The translations under genes and the position numbers were made by a program. Shown here piece after piece: positions 41,138-51,720 of a DNA stretch of 64,000 nt. This DNA is from an uncultured delta proteobacterium (GTDB lineage: Bacteria > Desulfobacterota > Binatia > UBA9968). The stretch is from positions 96,001 through 160,000 of the forward strand of contig CAVXEP010000007.1 of the NCBI GenBank assembly GCA_963760795.1, in the 5' to 3' direction. Every line of letters starts with the position of its first letter. Position 1 is the first letter of the stretch. Below the pieces are notes generated by a model, which made no database searches, had not been told where the DNA came from, and saw nothing but the letters and a program-made list of their open reading frames with translations.

Positions 41138-42052
41138 CTACGCCCGACGAGAAACTAGCCGACGCAGGCGGCTCCAGGCTTCGACCAACCCGCCGGGGAG
41201 AAACAATACGACCAGCATGAAAAGAATGCCGAAGATTATCAAATGGAATTCTACCAGTTTTACCGCCAGTAATTCTTTTAAGATGACGTAAAAGAGCGCG
41301 CCGAGCACTGGGCCATGGACGGTGCCGACGCCGCCGATGTAGGACATCAGCACGGCGTCGAAAGTCCAGGCTGGAGAAAAAGTGTGCTGCGGGTAGTAAC
41401 TGACGTGATAATAGGCGAAGGCGCCGCCGGCTAGTCCGGCGAGCGCCGTGGAGAGCGCCAACGCGAGAAGCTTGTGGCGCAGCGCGCTCACGCCCGTAGC
41501 TTCCGCCGCGGCTTCATCCTCGCGCACGGCGCGGATACCGAGGCCGAGGCGCGAGGGGACCAACCATGCAACCACTCCTACACTCACCATCGCCAAGGTT
41601 AAAGTCAGATAATAACGCGGCAAAATATTATACGATGTAAGTTCCGCCGCGGGGATGGTGGAAATCTGCGGCAATAAATTCCCGATCGTGATGCGCAGTA
41701 TCTCGGCCAATCCCAACGTGCCGATGGCGAAATAGGCGCCGCGCAGACGGAATGCCGGAACGCCGATGATCAAGCCAAATAACATGGCCACGAGCGCGCC
41801 GGGAAAAAGCGCCAAGAGTAGCGGCGTCCCGCCGACCCAAAGCGTGCGCGTGACCAGGGCGCCGAGTCCGAAAAACGCCGCGTGGCCGAGATTGATCTGG
41901 CCGGCGTAGCCGCCGAGCAGATTCCAGCTCTGCGCCAGGACGACGGCGAGAAATATTTGCACGCCGAGATTGAGCAGATCGCTGCGTATTGTAACAAGCG
42001 GCAGCGCGGCGAACGCCGCGGCGAGCAGGAGTCCCGCGCCAAGCAATTTCAC
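41138..42052 (-). CDS. livM: Branched-chain amino acid ABC permease (LivM-like)
   Basis: SWNLLGGYAGQINLGHAAFFG, RLRGAYFAIGTL, AVREDE. Confidence 0.88.
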   Translation of the reverse strand: MKLLGAGLLLAAAFAALPLVTIRSDLLNLGVQIFLAVVLAQSWNLLGGYAGQINLGHAAFFGLGALVTRTLWVGGTPLLLALFPGALVAMLFGLIIGVPAFRLRGAYFAIGTLGLAEILRITIGNLLPQISTIPAAELTSYNILPRYYLTLTLAMVSVGVVAWLVPSRLGLGIRAVREDEAAAEATGVSALRHKLLALALSTALAGLAGGAFAYYHVSYYPQHTFSPAWTFDAVLMSYIGGVGTVHGPVLGALFYVILKELLAVKLVEFHLIIFGILFMLVVLFLPGGLVEAWSRLRRLVSRRA

Positions 42053-42921
42053 GCGCGCGCTCCGAAAAGCCCCTGGGGCCGCACCACTAACACGATGAGG
42101 AAAAGAATCAGTCCGACGACTTCGCGGTACGGACCGCCGAGAAACACCACGCTCATCGCTTCAGCGAGGCCGAGGATGATGCCGCCGGCGAAGCTGCCGA
42201 AGAGCGAGCCGAGGCCGGCGAGAACGATGACGATGAGCGCCTTGAGAGTCCATTCCATGCCGATGGATGGACTGATCGAATAAGAAATGCTGACGAGTCC
42301 TCCGGCGATTCCGGCGAGCGCGGTGCCGAGGGCGAAGGCGAGCAGGTAGGTTTTCCCGACCGGGATTCCCATCAGAGCCGCAGCTTCCCAATCTTCGGCG
42401 GTGGCGCGAATCGCGCGGCCCCAACGCGCCTTGGCGAGAAACAGATGGAGCGCGGTGAGAATCGCGAACGCGAACAAGAGGCTGCTCAAGCGCAACCACG
42501 GAATTGCCAAATTGCCTAGCCTTAACACCGCGCCGGCGTAGGCCGTTGTCACCGCGCGCTCATCCGCAGTCCATAGTCGAATAGCGAGGGCGTGCAAAAC
42601 CAGCGTGAGACCGAAACCGATGAGCAGCGAATTTTTGATGCGCGTTTCTTCGTGGGCTTTGACGACGAATTGAAACAGCGCCCAATAGAGCAGCATTCCA
42701 AGCACGAACATCGCCGGGGCGACAGCGAGCAGCGAGACAAACGGATCGATCCGCCAAAGTGTGAACAGCCAAAAAGTGCCGTAGCCGCCGAGCATGAGCA
42801 GCTCGCCGTGGGCCACGTTCAAGACGCGCAGCACGCCGAACGTCAGCGAAAGACCGGCGGCCGCCAAACCGTAAAGACCGCCGACGAGAAGGCCGAGAAT
42901 GAGTTGTTGGGCGAGAATCAT
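42049..42921 (-). CDS. livH: Branched-chain amino acid ABC permease (LivH-like)
   Basis: GLSLTFGVLRVLNVAHGE, GRAIRA, VRPQGLFG. Confidence 0.88.
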   Translation of the reverse strand: MILAQQLILGLLVGGLYGLAAAGLSLTFGVLRVLNVAHGELLMLGGYGTFWLFTLWRIDPFVSLLAVAPAMFVLGMLLYWALFQFVVKAHEETRIKNSLLIGFGLTLVLHALAIRLWTADERAVTTAYAGAVLRLGNLAIPWLRLSSLLFAFAILTALHLFLAKARWGRAIRATAEDWEAAALMGIPVGKTYLLAFALGTALAGIAGGLVSISYSISPSIGMEWTLKALIVIVLAGLGSLFGSFAGGIILGLAEAMSVVFLGGPYREVVGLILFLIVLVVRPQGLFGARA

Positions 42922-42933
42922 TGTTCAACATGG

Positions 42934-42994
42934 CAAGGCGTAAATGGTAAGTGGTGAGGTGTTGGCTTAACCCCTGACGCCTTACCCCTTACGT
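42934..42994. repeat. 7-bp periodic gtaaggg/ccttac inverted repeat
   Basis: aggcgtaaatggtaagtggtgagg ... cccctgacgccttacccctta; similar at 38565 and 53882. Confidence 0.55.
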
Positions 42995-42996
42995 CT

Positions 42997-43719
42997 TCAT
43001 CCACCTCCCCGCGCCAGCGGCCCGAGATAAGCGGCTTGGATGTGCTCGTCGGCGAGCAGTTTTTTACCATCGCCCTCGCCGACGATTCTGCCGCCTTCGA
43101 GTATGTAGGCACGTTGGACCAAGGCCAGGACGGCGTGGACGTTTTGCTCGACGATCAACAGGCTCATGCCGTCGCGATGCAGCTCGGCGAGAATGGCAAA
43201 GATCGACTCGACGATTTTCGGCGCCAGGCCGAGGGACGGCTCGTCGAGCAGGAGCAGGCGAGGAAGCCCCATCAACGCGCGGCCGAGAGCGAGCATCTGC
43301 TGCTCGCCGCCGGATAGTAATCCAGCCCTTTGGCGCTGGCGCTCGAAAAGGCGCGGGAAGAGAGTGAAGACGCGCTCCATTTGAGCGTGTTTTTCTTTGT
43401 GCGCGCGTTCGGTGAAGGCGCCGAGCTCGAGATTTTCACGCACGGTCATCGCGGCGAAGAGCCTGCGCCCCTCCGGGACCAGCGCAATGCCGTGTTCGAC
43501 GATCCGTTGCGGCGATGCCGCGCTGATTTTTTCATCTTGCCATCGAATCGCGCCCGCGCGCGGCGCGAGCAGCCCGGAAATAGACTTGAGCAGTGTCGAC
43601 TTGCCGGCGCCGTTGGGGCCGACCAGGGCGACCATTTCGCCGGGGCGAATGATCAAGTCGACGCCGTGCAGGGCCAGAAGCGGGCCGTAGGCGACTTGGA
43701 GATTTGTTATTTCGAGCAT
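42997..43719 (-). CDS. livF: Branched-chain amino acid ABC ATPase (LivF-like)
   Basis: GPNGAGKS, VPEGRRLF, LSGGEQQM, DEPSLGLAP. Confidence 0.92.
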   Translation of the reverse strand: MLEITNLQVAYGPLLALHGVDLIIRPGEMVALVGPNGAGKSTLLKSISGLLAPRAGAIRWQDEKISAASPQRIVEHGIALVPEGRRLFAAMTVRENLELGAFTERAHKEKHAQMERVFTLFPRLFERQRQRAGLLSGGEQQMLALGRALMGLPRLLLLDEPSLGLAPKIVESIFAILAELHRDGMSLLIVEQNVHAVLALVQRAYILEGGRIVGEGDGKKLLADEHIQAAYLGPLARGGG

Positions 43720-43736
43720 TCTATTATTGACTGACG

Positions 43737-43878
43737 CGTTCCAAGCCGTTCAAAACGTTCAACGCTGCGCTCCATTGCAATCCCCAAGCGTCTTTCCTCT
43801 CCCGCGACGCAAGGGATTGGATGAAGGAGCGAGCTTGAACGACTTGAACGGCTTGAAACCATTTGAACGACTTGAACT
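43737..43878. repeat. gttcaa/ttgaac periodic inverted repeat enclosing a tctccc-type element
   Basis: cgttccaagccgttcaaaacgttcaacgctgcgctcc ... cttgaacgacttgaacggcttgaaaccatttgaacgacttgaac. Confidence 0.75.
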
Positions 43879-43881
43879 CAT

Positions 43882-44604
43882 TCAGTTCGTTTCTCCGAGA
43901 TAGACTTCGATCACGTGCGGATCTTTTGCCACGCTTGCCGGCGCGCCTTCGGCGATTTTCTCGCCGGCGCTGAGCACGACGATACGATGCGAGATATCGA
44001 GTAGCGCCCAGACGATATGTTCCACCAGGATGACGGTCAGACCGCCGCGCTGCAATTGTCGAATGAGGTTTATCGCCGCCGAGGTTTCAGTGGGCGTCAA
44101 TCCTGCCATGAACTCGTCGAGCAATAAAAGTTTCGGCGCTGTCGCCAGGGCGCGCGCCAATTCGAGGCGCTTTCGATCCATCACCGTGAACGTATTGGCA
44201 AGCCGATTCGACTGGCCGGCCAAGCCGACGGAATCCAAAAGTTCGCCGGCCTTGTCGCGCGCCTTGGATCCCGTTAGCCGATCTCTGCCGTAGCCGAGAC
44301 CGACGAGAACATTCTCCTCGGCGGTGAAGCCGAGGAATGGACGCACGAGCTGAAAAGTTCGCGCCAGGCCGCGATGACAAAGCTGATGGGGCGGCAGTTT
44401 ATTGGTACGCTCGTCCTGAAAGAAAATGTCCCCACTATCCGGATAAAAAACACCGCTGACGAGATTGAACAGCGTCGTTTTTCCCGATCCGTTCGGACCC
44501 ATGATGCCGAGGATCTCGCCCTCTTCAACGGTCAGACTGACATCTTTGACCGCAGCGACGCCGCCGAAGGTCTTGGTAGCTTTGCTTACAGTCAGCAGGG
44601 GCAT
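43882..44604 (-). CDS. livG: Branched-chain amino acid ABC ATPase (LivG-like)
   Basis: GPNGSGKTT, ARTFQ, LLLDE, VIEVYLG. Confidence 0.92.
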   Translation of the reverse strand: MPLLTVSKATKTFGGVAAVKDVSLTVEEGEILGIMGPNGSGKTTLFNLVSGVFYPDSGDIFFQDERTNKLPPHQLCHRGLARTFQLVRPFLGFTAEENVLVGLGYGRDRLTGSKARDKAGELLDSVGLAGQSNRLANTFTVMDRKRLELARALATAPKLLLLDEFMAGLTPTETSAAINLIRQLQRGGLTVILVEHIVWALLDISHRIVVLSAGEKIAEGAPASVAKDPHVIEVYLGETN

Positions 44605-44669
44605 TGTTGAATTGGCAAGAAGGGATTACGAGCGTAAGTGAGCTTCGACTGTGGTGGCAAGAATGTGAC

Positions 44670-45863
44670 TTAGCGCTGGTTGAAAGGCAGCGCCGGATAA
44701 GCAAAGGCTGCGGTGGCGTTTTCTTTGGGCCAAATTAGATGTTGTTTGCCCTTTTGCCACTGAATAAATACGCCGGAAATCTCTGCTGTTCCATCCGCGC
44801 GGAAGCGCAAGGGGCCCGACACCGTCATCATATTCGTACTCGCTAGTGCTTGGCGAAGCGCGTCGCGGTCCACCGCCTTGGCTCTCGTCAGCGCATCGGC
44901 AAGGATCTGGACAACGGCGTAACCGGGACCTACGACGGGGTCGGCCAGCCGGTTGTGTTTGCGCATGTAAGTATCGTTCAGCTCCTTGACCTGCGGATAC
45001 TTGAGGGCGGCGTGCCAACCCGTGCCCAATATCGCGTAGTCACCCACGGCGCCAAGATTGTTCGTCCAAGACGGCGAGTCTGACCCGCGCAGCAACACCA
45101 GAAACTTCGGCGTAAAATCCAGCTCTTTCATTTGTTTGACCAGCGTCATGCCGTCGGGCGGCGATGGCACGCCCAAGACCGACTCAGCGCCTGCTGATCT
45201 GGCCAGTAAGATCATGTTCGAGAAATCTTTGGCACCTGGCGCATATTCTCCCTTCACGACGACTTCATACCCGGCTTCCTTGCCGAACGATTCCCAGTAA
45301 CCGCCGATTTCTTGTCCCCAATCGGTTTTCTCCAGAAACAAAGCTACCTTCTTAGGACGTTGATTCTCCGCCAGTGAGCCATTGAGAAGACGATAGGTTT
45401 CTCTGGCGATTTGCGGCGACTTCCAAAAAGGCGAGAAGAGATAGCGATAACCCTGCTTGTGAATGCTCTCCAGGGCAAATCCCACACCCAGGTAAGGAAT
45501 CCGATTCTTCTCAGCGACAGTGGCGCCCGCGGCATGAAGATCAGAGCCGACTCCTCCCAGGTAAGCGACCACGCCCTGAGCGGCGTGAGTCTCCAATCGC
45601 GCGACGGTTTTAGTTGCATCGGATTCGTCATCGAGCACGATCAACTCCAAAAGTAAGCGCCGGTTCCCCACTTGGACGCCGCCGCCGGCGTTGATTTTCT
45701 CCACGGCAATGTCGTATCCGTGTTTGAGTTCATTGCCGATGGCGGCGTAGCGACCGGTGAGAGGCGTTACGACGCCGACCTTAATGGTTTGTCCCATTGC
45801 CGCAACGCCAAAGCCGAGCCATGCGATCTGCATTGCGAAGAAAGCCGAAACTATCGGTTTCAT
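44670..45863 (-). CDS. LivK-type ABC substrate-binding protein
   Basis: IKVGVVTPLTGRYA, INAGGG, DDESD. Confidence 0.9.
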   Translation of the reverse strand: MKPIVSAFFAMQIAWLGFGVAAMGQTIKVGVVTPLTGRYAAIGNELKHGYDIAVEKINAGGGVQVGNRRLLLELIVLDDESDATKTVARLETHAAQGVVAYLGGVGSDLHAAGATVAEKNRIPYLGVGFALESIHKQGYRYLFSPFWKSPQIARETYRLLNGSLAENQRPKKVALFLEKTDWGQEIGGYWESFGKEAGYEVVVKGEYAPGAKDFSNMILLARSAGAESVLGVPSPPDGMTLVKQMKELDFTPKFLVLLRGSDSPSWTNNLGAVGDYAILGTGWHAALKYPQVKELNDTYMRKHNRLADPVVGPGYAVVQILADALTRAKAVDRDALRQALASTNMMTVSGPLRFRADGTAEISGVFIQWQKGKQHLIWPKENATAAFAYPALPFNQR

Positions 45864-45947
45864 AATCGCCTCACGAATCAATTGAACATGCCTTTCATAT
45901 CTGCACGCGCATATGCAGCGGGAGCGCAGGATTTGGCCTCATGGCGG

Positions 45948-47141
45948 TTAGCGTTGGCTGAACTCCGGCGCGGGATAGCCGAACGGCGCGGTGGCAAACT
46001 CCTTGGGCCAGACCAACTCTTGTTTGCCCTTGAGCCATTGCAGGACAAAGACTTTGACCTCGCCGGTGCCATCGGAGCGGAATTGAACCGGTCCGGCTAC
46101 CGTGGTCATTTTTGTCGCTGCGATGGCGTCGCGAAGCTTGTCGCGGTCCAGGGTTTTCGCGCGCGCGACCGCATCGGCAAGAATCTGCAAGCAAGCGTAG
46201 GATGGCCCCACAAGCGGATCGGACGGGCGGTTGAAAAGTTTTTGGTGCGCTTCGTTCAGCTCGGCGACTTTGGGGTATTTGGCGGCGAAGTGCCAGCCGG
46301 GCGAAAAGAGCACATAATCGCCGTCCTTGTTAAGGTTTTGCGACCAGACCGGCGGGTCCGCGGCGCGAATGAAAAGATTGACCTTGGGGTTGAAATCCAG
46401 TTCCTTCATCTGTTTGACGATGGTCATGCCGTCCGGCGGCGATGGTAGCGCGAGGAGGGCTTCGGCGCCCGCCGATTTGGCTTTCAAAATCAAATCGGAA
46501 AAATCTTTCGACCCCGGCGCGTATTCGCCACTCGCGGCGATCTGATAGCCATGCTTCTTGGCCGCGCTTTCCCAGCCCGAGGCCATTTCCTTTCCCCAGT
46601 CCGTCCGTTCGAGAAAGAGCGCCACTTTGCGCGGACGCTGCGCGGCGGGAATCAGCGCATCGAGGAAAACGAAGGTCTCGTTTGTCAGGTCCGGCGATTT
46701 CGGAAAAGGCGAGAAGAGATAGCGCAAGCCCTGTTTGTGAATGCCGTGAAGCGCAAAGGCGATGCCGAGGTAAGGAATCTTGTTCTTATCGCCGATGGAA
46801 GCCGCCGCCGCGTGCAGATCCGAGCCTGCTCCACCCAAATACGCTACGACACCCTGGGACGCGAGGGTCTCCATGCGCGCGACGGTTTTGGTCGGATCCG
46901 ACTCATCGTCCAACATGGTCATTTCGATCTGCAGCTTCTTGCCGCCTACCGTCACGCCGCCCGCGGCGTTGATTTGCTGCACGGCGATCTCGTAGCCGGT
47001 CTTAACCTGACCGCCAAGCGCGGCGTATCTCCCGGTGAGCGGCACCACCGCGCCGACTTTTATGGTTTGGGCGAGGCTATCGAAGGAGCTGGTAAAAAGC
47101 GCGACCGCTATGGCAAGCGAAATGAGAATCATCCGTCTCAT
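45948..47141 (-). CDS. LivK-type ABC substrate-binding protein (tandem paralog)
   Basis: IKVGAVVPLTGRYA, DDESDP; ATG 47141 after ggagga. Confidence 0.9.
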   Translation of the reverse strand: MRRMILISLAIAVALFTSSFDSLAQTIKVGAVVPLTGRYAALGGQVKTGYEIAVQQINAAGGVTVGGKKLQIEMTMLDDESDPTKTVARMETLASQGVVAYLGGAGSDLHAAAASIGDKNKIPYLGIAFALHGIHKQGLRYLFSPFPKSPDLTNETFVFLDALIPAAQRPRKVALFLERTDWGKEMASGWESAAKKHGYQIAASGEYAPGSKDFSDLILKAKSAGAEALLALPSPPDGMTIVKQMKELDFNPKVNLFIRAADPPVWSQNLNKDGDYVLFSPGWHFAAKYPKVAELNEAHQKLFNRPSDPLVGPSYACLQILADAVARAKTLDRDKLRDAIAATKMTTVAGPVQFRSDGTGEVKVFVLQWLKGKQELVWPKEFATAPFGYPAPEFSQR

Positions 47142-47209
47142 GCTGTCCTCCCAAGATTTGGCTTTCCCGCCGCGACGATAGATAGCACTGTCGGAGCGGC
47201 GCGTCAAAG

Positions 47210-48315
47210 TTAAACCGTGCCCCAAACTTTAACGGCGGTATCGACTACCAACTTGAGCTTTTGCCACTGCTGCTCTTCCGTCAACAGATTGCCCTCCATC
47301 GTCGAGGCGAAGCCGCATTGCGGACTGAGCGCGAGATTCTCCAACGGCACGTACTTGGCGGCTTGGTCGATGCGCCTGGCGAGTTGGTCCGCCGACTCCA
47401 TGGCCGCCAGCTTGCTGCTGACCAGGCCGAGCACCACGCTCTTGCCGCGCGGCATGAAGCGCAGCGGTTCGAATGTCCCGGCGCGCTCGGACTCGTACTC
47501 GAGCAGAAACGTGTCGACCTGCAACTGGCCGAACAGTTTCTCGGCGATGGCGTCGTAGCCGCCCTCGGCGTACCACTGGCTGCGGTTGTTGCCGCGGCAC
47601 AGATGAATCGCCAAGATCACGCCCGTCGCGCTGCGCTCCCTCCAGGCAAGCGTTGTCGGCGCGAATCGCTTCGTCGAGCGCCTGATCGGGATCGAGCCCC
47701 ATTTCATTTTTCACGTAGCTGCGCCACTTCGGATCGATGTAGTAGCTGTAGCGCGGCGCGTCGATTTGGATGTAGCGCGCGCCTTCGGTCGACAAGCGCG
47801 TGAATCTCCGCCTTGATCACCGGCACGATGTCCCACAGAAAAGCGGAATGGTTGGGATAGACCTTGTCGCTGATGCCTTTCTTATAATAGATCGCGGGAA
47901 ACTGATTGGCGGTGGGCAGCGTGACTTTGATGTCGCCAGGCTGCTGCTGCTTCAAGAAGGCGAACTCATGGTCGGTCAGGCGCCGGGTTTGTTTGATCTT
48001 GCCGACAACCGTGCCGGGCACCATCGAGGGACGGGACGATGCGCCGGCTGCCGTTTGCCAAGTGCGCGGCACCGCCACCCCTTCGTCGATTCCTTCCACG
48101 GCTTCGTTGAAATCGCTCATGAAGTTGCCGCGGCGCAGCTCGCCGTCGGTAAAGATCTTGAAGCCGAGCTCCTTCTGCTTCTCGATCACTCGCAGGATGT
48201 GCTGGTCTTCAAGCGCGCGCAGCTCCGTGCCGCCGACATTCGCGCTGCGTGCCTGCAATAGCTCCGCGGGCCGAAGCAAACTGCCGATGTGATCGGCGCG
48301 ATACTTGGTTGCCAT
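47210..48315 (-). CDS. Cobalamin-independent methionine synthase core-domain family protein, copy 2 (frameshifts near 47630 and 47795)
   Basis: MATKYRADHIGSLLRP...HLCRGN...PQCGFAS; near-identical to 15871-16973. Confidence 0.88.
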
Positions 48316-48330
48316 AATACCTCCTTAGGA

Positions 48331-48438
48331 ATGGAGTATGGAGTATTGGGAGTTCGAACTCGGAGCTCGCTCCGACGTACTCCATTACTCCAATACTCCA
48401 TCTAAATCTCCACCACTGCCATACTCCATCACTCCAAT
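48331..48438. repeat. 8-bp periodic ggagtaat/tactcca inverted repeat
   Basis: atggagtatggagtattggg ... tactccattactccaatactcca ... atactccatcactcca. Confidence 0.8.
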
Positions 48439-48449
48439 TTTCATCCACT

Positions 48450-49579
48450 CTATTCCGCCAAGAGTTTTTTCAACCTGGCGATCACCTCTGGCGGCTGGGC
48501 GATGACCTCTTTCGCCAGCGCGCTAAGCGCTTCGCCGCCCACCGCTTCCACCGGCCAGCATGCGCTTCTTCGCCTCGGCGAGCAGTTCGGGATCTTTCAT
48601 TGTGTTGCTCCAAGCGTCGCGCAGGGTTTTCAATCGGTCCGCCGGCATAGCCGGCGGCGCGGTCCAGGGCCGGCCAAATTCATTGGGCGCCATCACCAGC
48701 GTGGCGAGGCGGCGGCCGGCATCGTTAGTTTTGTAGCGATCCATCAGGTCGTAGAACGTGGGTGTTTCCGGCAGCAGAGGATCTCGTTTTTTGCCGGTCT
48801 GCACGAACGGACGCGTGAATCCTCTTTTGAACCAGCTGATGTGCGGTTCGCGGCCAAAAAACGCCGCGATGGTGATCAGCCGGCACTGCAACTCGCCGCG
48901 TTCGAGCGCCACGTCAATGTCCGCCGCGCCTTGATAACCGGTGATGATGGTAAATTTTACCGCGAAGATTTCCTCGATGAGCTTGGGCACATGATAAGTC
49001 GTCGAGCCGGTGCCCGTGGAGCCGCATTTGGGAGGCTCGGTCGCCTTGCGCAGGTCGTCGATCGTCTTGTACGGGCTATCGCCGCGGAAAAAAAACACCG
49101 CCTCGGTTTGTTCCGGCGTGCCGAGCCAGTTGAATTTCGCCCAATCGAACTGCACTTCCTTGCGGCCGATCAGCTGATCCATGTAGATGCCCGGATTGAG
49201 CGAACCGATGGTGAGCCCATCGGGCTTGGCGATATTATAAACATGATTCGCTGCGATCACCGATCCCGCGCCCGGCATGTTTTGCACCATGACGCTGGGA
49301 TTGCCGGGGATATGTTTGCCCAGATAGGTCGCGATGTGACGCGTCCAAAGATCGTACAGATCACCCGGCTGGCCGCCGCGGATGACGCGCACGGTTTTGC
49401 CTTGGAAAAAGTTCGATTGGGCGTGGGCCATCGCCCCACACACCGCGAGTGCGACAGCGATAGTGATAATCCCACCAATTTTGGTCCGCGGGACCGCTTT
49501 TGGATCTGCGGGACCGCTTTTGGATTTTGGATTGTCGGATCGAAAACCAAGCAACATCGTAAGAAGTATTTTGTGTCAT
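48450..49579 (-). CDS. Bug/TctC-family substrate-binding protein (frameshifts at both ends)
   Basis: ORF 48523..49557 FFQGKTVRV, QNMPGAGS, PPKCG; C-term ...VEKLLAE-like with stop at 48450. Confidence 0.82.
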
Positions 49580-49614
49580 GTCTTTTCCCCAATCCAAAAT
49601 CCAAAATCCAAAAT
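49490..49614. repeat. aatccaa 7-bp periodic repeat with duplicated gcgggaccgcttttggat
   Basis: gcgggaccgcttttggat twice, ttttggattttggatt, aatccaaaatccaaaatccaaaat. Confidence 0.7.
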
Positions 49615-50612
49615 TATCTTATGACCCGGTCCGCCCGCACCAGCACGTTGGGCGGAATCGTCAGGCCGATCTGCTTCGCCGCTTTCAGATTGATGATGAA
49701 CTCGAACTTCATCGGCTGCTCGACGGGAAGATCGGCGGGCTTCGCGCCTTTCAAAATCTTGTCCACATAGGTGGCGGCGCGGCGGTAGAGGTCGTTGAGA
49801 CTCACGCCGTAGCTCATAAGCCCACCGTCTTCCACAAAGTCTGTCAGCGGAGTACATCGCCGGGAGCCGGTTCTTTACCGCGAGATCGGCAATCTGTTTT
49901 CGCTGAAAGAGTGAAGACGGCGCCTCGCGCAGCACCAGGACTGCCTCAGCACGCCCCTTGCTTGCGGCTCGGAATACAGTCTCAATATCCTTGGGACCTA
50001 GTACGTCTAGATATTGAAGCTTCACTCCGAGCGCCCCGGCGGCGAGTTCCGTCTCTTTAGCGCTTGTGCGTTGCCCGGCATGGTTGAAGTCCCGAAGACG
50101 GCCACGCGGGAGAGCTTAGGAACGATCTCTTTCAAAAGCTCCAGCCGTTTGCCGCTTAGCTCCGGCGCAAGGGTTGACAATCCAGTGATGTTTCCACCAG
50201 GTCGCGCAAGGCTGGCGACGATCCCGGTTCCAACAGGATCGCTATCCTGCGCCATGACAATGGGAATCGTAATAGTTGCTTCCTTAGCAGCCCGGGTCGC
50301 TGACCGGACCGCCTGTGACGATGACGTCGACTTTGAGACGCACTAACTCGGCGGCAAGCGCGGGGAGACGATCGAGTTTTCCCTCTGCATATCGATACTC
50401 AATGACAATGTTTTTCCCCTCCACGTACCCAAGCTCGCGCAGGCCCTGGCGGAATGCCTCGATGCGGTCCGAGACAACGGAAGGGGAGGCACATCGTTAG
50501 GAATCCTATCCGGGGGATTTTCGTTGGCTGCTGCGCCTGCGCGGTCAAGGCTAAGCGCGAAGAGCAAAGCGCAAAGTGAAAGACGCTTGATGTTATTTCT
50601 CAAATGTCTCAT
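49614..50612 (-). CDS. ABC_sub_bind (PF04392-type) substrate-binding protein, frameshifted
   Basis: Fragments [52 protein letters not shown]. Confidence 0.8.
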
Positions 50613-50667
50613 TTGTGTTTTCTTGTTTCTTGCGCATTGCTCTCTGCCCTATGCGCTTGGCGTTCTA

Positions 50668-51665
50668 TCACCGAATCACTTTATCCGCCCGCACCAGCAC
50701 GTTGGGCGGAATCGTCAGACCGATCTGCTTCGCCGCTTTCAGATTGACGATGAACTCGAACTTCATCGGCTGCTCCACGGGAAGATCGGCGGGCTTGCGC
50801 GCCTTTCAAAATCTTGTCCACATAGGTAGCGGCACGGCGGGCCAAGTCGGCTAGGCTCGCGCCGTAGGTCATAAGCCCACCGGCTTCGACAAATTCACGC
50901 CGTGGAGTAGATCGCCGGGAGCCGGTTCTTTACCGCGAGATCTGCAATCTCTGTTCGATGAACATTGATGACGGAGCTTCGCCAGCACGAGGACTGCGTC
51001 AGCACGCCCCTTGGTTGCGGCGCGGAATGCAGTCTCAATATCCTTGGGATCTAGGACGTCTAGGATATTGAAGCTTCACCTTGAACGCCCCGGCGGCGAG
51101 TTCGATTTCTCTTAACGTTTGTGCGTTGCCCGCGTTGGTTGAAGTCCCGAAGACGGCCACGCGGGAGAGCTTCGGAACAATCTCCTTCAAAAGCTCCAGT
51201 TGTTTTCCGCTTAACTCCGGCGCAAGCGTCGACAACCCAGTAATGTTCCCCCCAGGTCGCGCCAGGCTAGCGACGAACCCGCTGCCAACAGGATCGTTAT
51301 CCTGCACCATGACAATGGGAATCGTATCTGTTGCTTCCTTGGCGGCTCGGGTATCTGTCGCACCACCCGTGACGATGACGTCTACCTTCAGACGCACTAG
51401 CTCGGCGGCAAGCGCGGGGAGACGGTCGACTTTTCCCTCTGCAAATCGAAACTCAATGACAATATTTTTCCCCTCCACATAGCCCAAGCTCGCGCAGACC
51501 CTGCGCGGAAAGCCTCGATGCGGGCCGAGACAGCAGAAGGGGAGCTGGCACATAGGAATCCTATCCGCGGGATTTTCGTTGGCTGCTGGGCACCGCGGTC
51601 AAGGTAAGCGCGAAGAGCAAAACGCAAAGTGTAAGACGCTTGATGTTACTTCTCAAATGTCTCAC
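50668..51665 (-). CDS. ABC_sub_bind substrate-binding protein, frameshifted (tandem copy)
   Basis: [36 protein letters not shown]; N-term [10 protein letters not shown] like the neighbour. Confidence 0.8.
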
Positions 51666-51720
51666 ATGTGATCTCCTGTTTCTTGCGCATTGCTCTCTGC
51701 GCTATGCGCTTGGCGTTCGA

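Noticed and set aside
48331-48438. Periodic repeats here and at 58311, 4749 and 57009 as possible CRISPR arrays
   Set aside because: Units are 7-9 bp in inverted arms with no unique ~30-bp spacers and no cas genes.
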